From assembly GCA_964016885.1 (NCBI GenBank), contig OZ024745.1:86180001-86244000 (forward strand): DNA of 64,000 bases. Direction: 5' to 3'. Below are positions 63,806-64,000 of this stretch, piece by piece. Source of the DNA: Eledone cirrhosa (taxonomy: Eukaryota). Within the stretch, counting starts at the first letter, position 1. Every line of letters begins with the position of its first letter. A program made the translations under genes and the position numbers. Below the pieces are notes generated by a model. It searched no databases, was not told where the DNA came from, and saw nothing but the letters and a program-made list of their open reading frames with translations.

Positions 63806-64000
63806 TTAGAGCGAAAAACAAAATTGTAATTTTGAAAAAAAACATATGTAAGGAATTTAATTAGACTCGAAATAGAACACAGTAATTGAATATCTGTCTA
63901 AATGTGAAGGATTGAGTTATTTTCATAATTCTAAAACTGTTCCATATTTCCTTTATGTACCTGCTAGTCAGGCTTGGCTTTCATAAATTACTGACAATAT

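Noticed and set aside
53294-64000. Next ferlin exon (expected GFLPxFGP-like peptide)
   Set aside because: No convincing match found by eye; it probably lies beyond the window, as does the upstream FerI exon.

Overview
AT-rich, repeat-dense eukaryotic DNA. The SINE/LINE complement and huge (TA/TG)n fields suggest a cephalopod such as Octopus; this is inferred from recalled repeat families, not from a search. The first ~34 kb is mostly degenerate alternating purine-pyrimidine microsatellite. Inserted into it are Penelope-like element (PLE) fragments carrying hammerhead ribozyme motifs, a 5'-truncated CR1-like LINE, a near full-length RTE LINE, MITEs and Helitron-like pieces. From 38 to 53 kb there are six small + strand exons of a type-I ferlin (myoferlin/dysferlin-like), covering the end of FerI and the C2C domain. 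The last two exons (46188-46264 and 53217-53293) are homologous, both 77 nt and in the same phase, so they look like a mutually exclusive pair that swaps the third Ca2+-binding loop region of C2C. Downstream are a ~4.5 kb minisatellite made of two interspersed 26-bp variants and a second, inverted copy of the RTE. All long Y/I/M/C/V/H/T-rich ORFs in the track are microsatellite translation artefacts.
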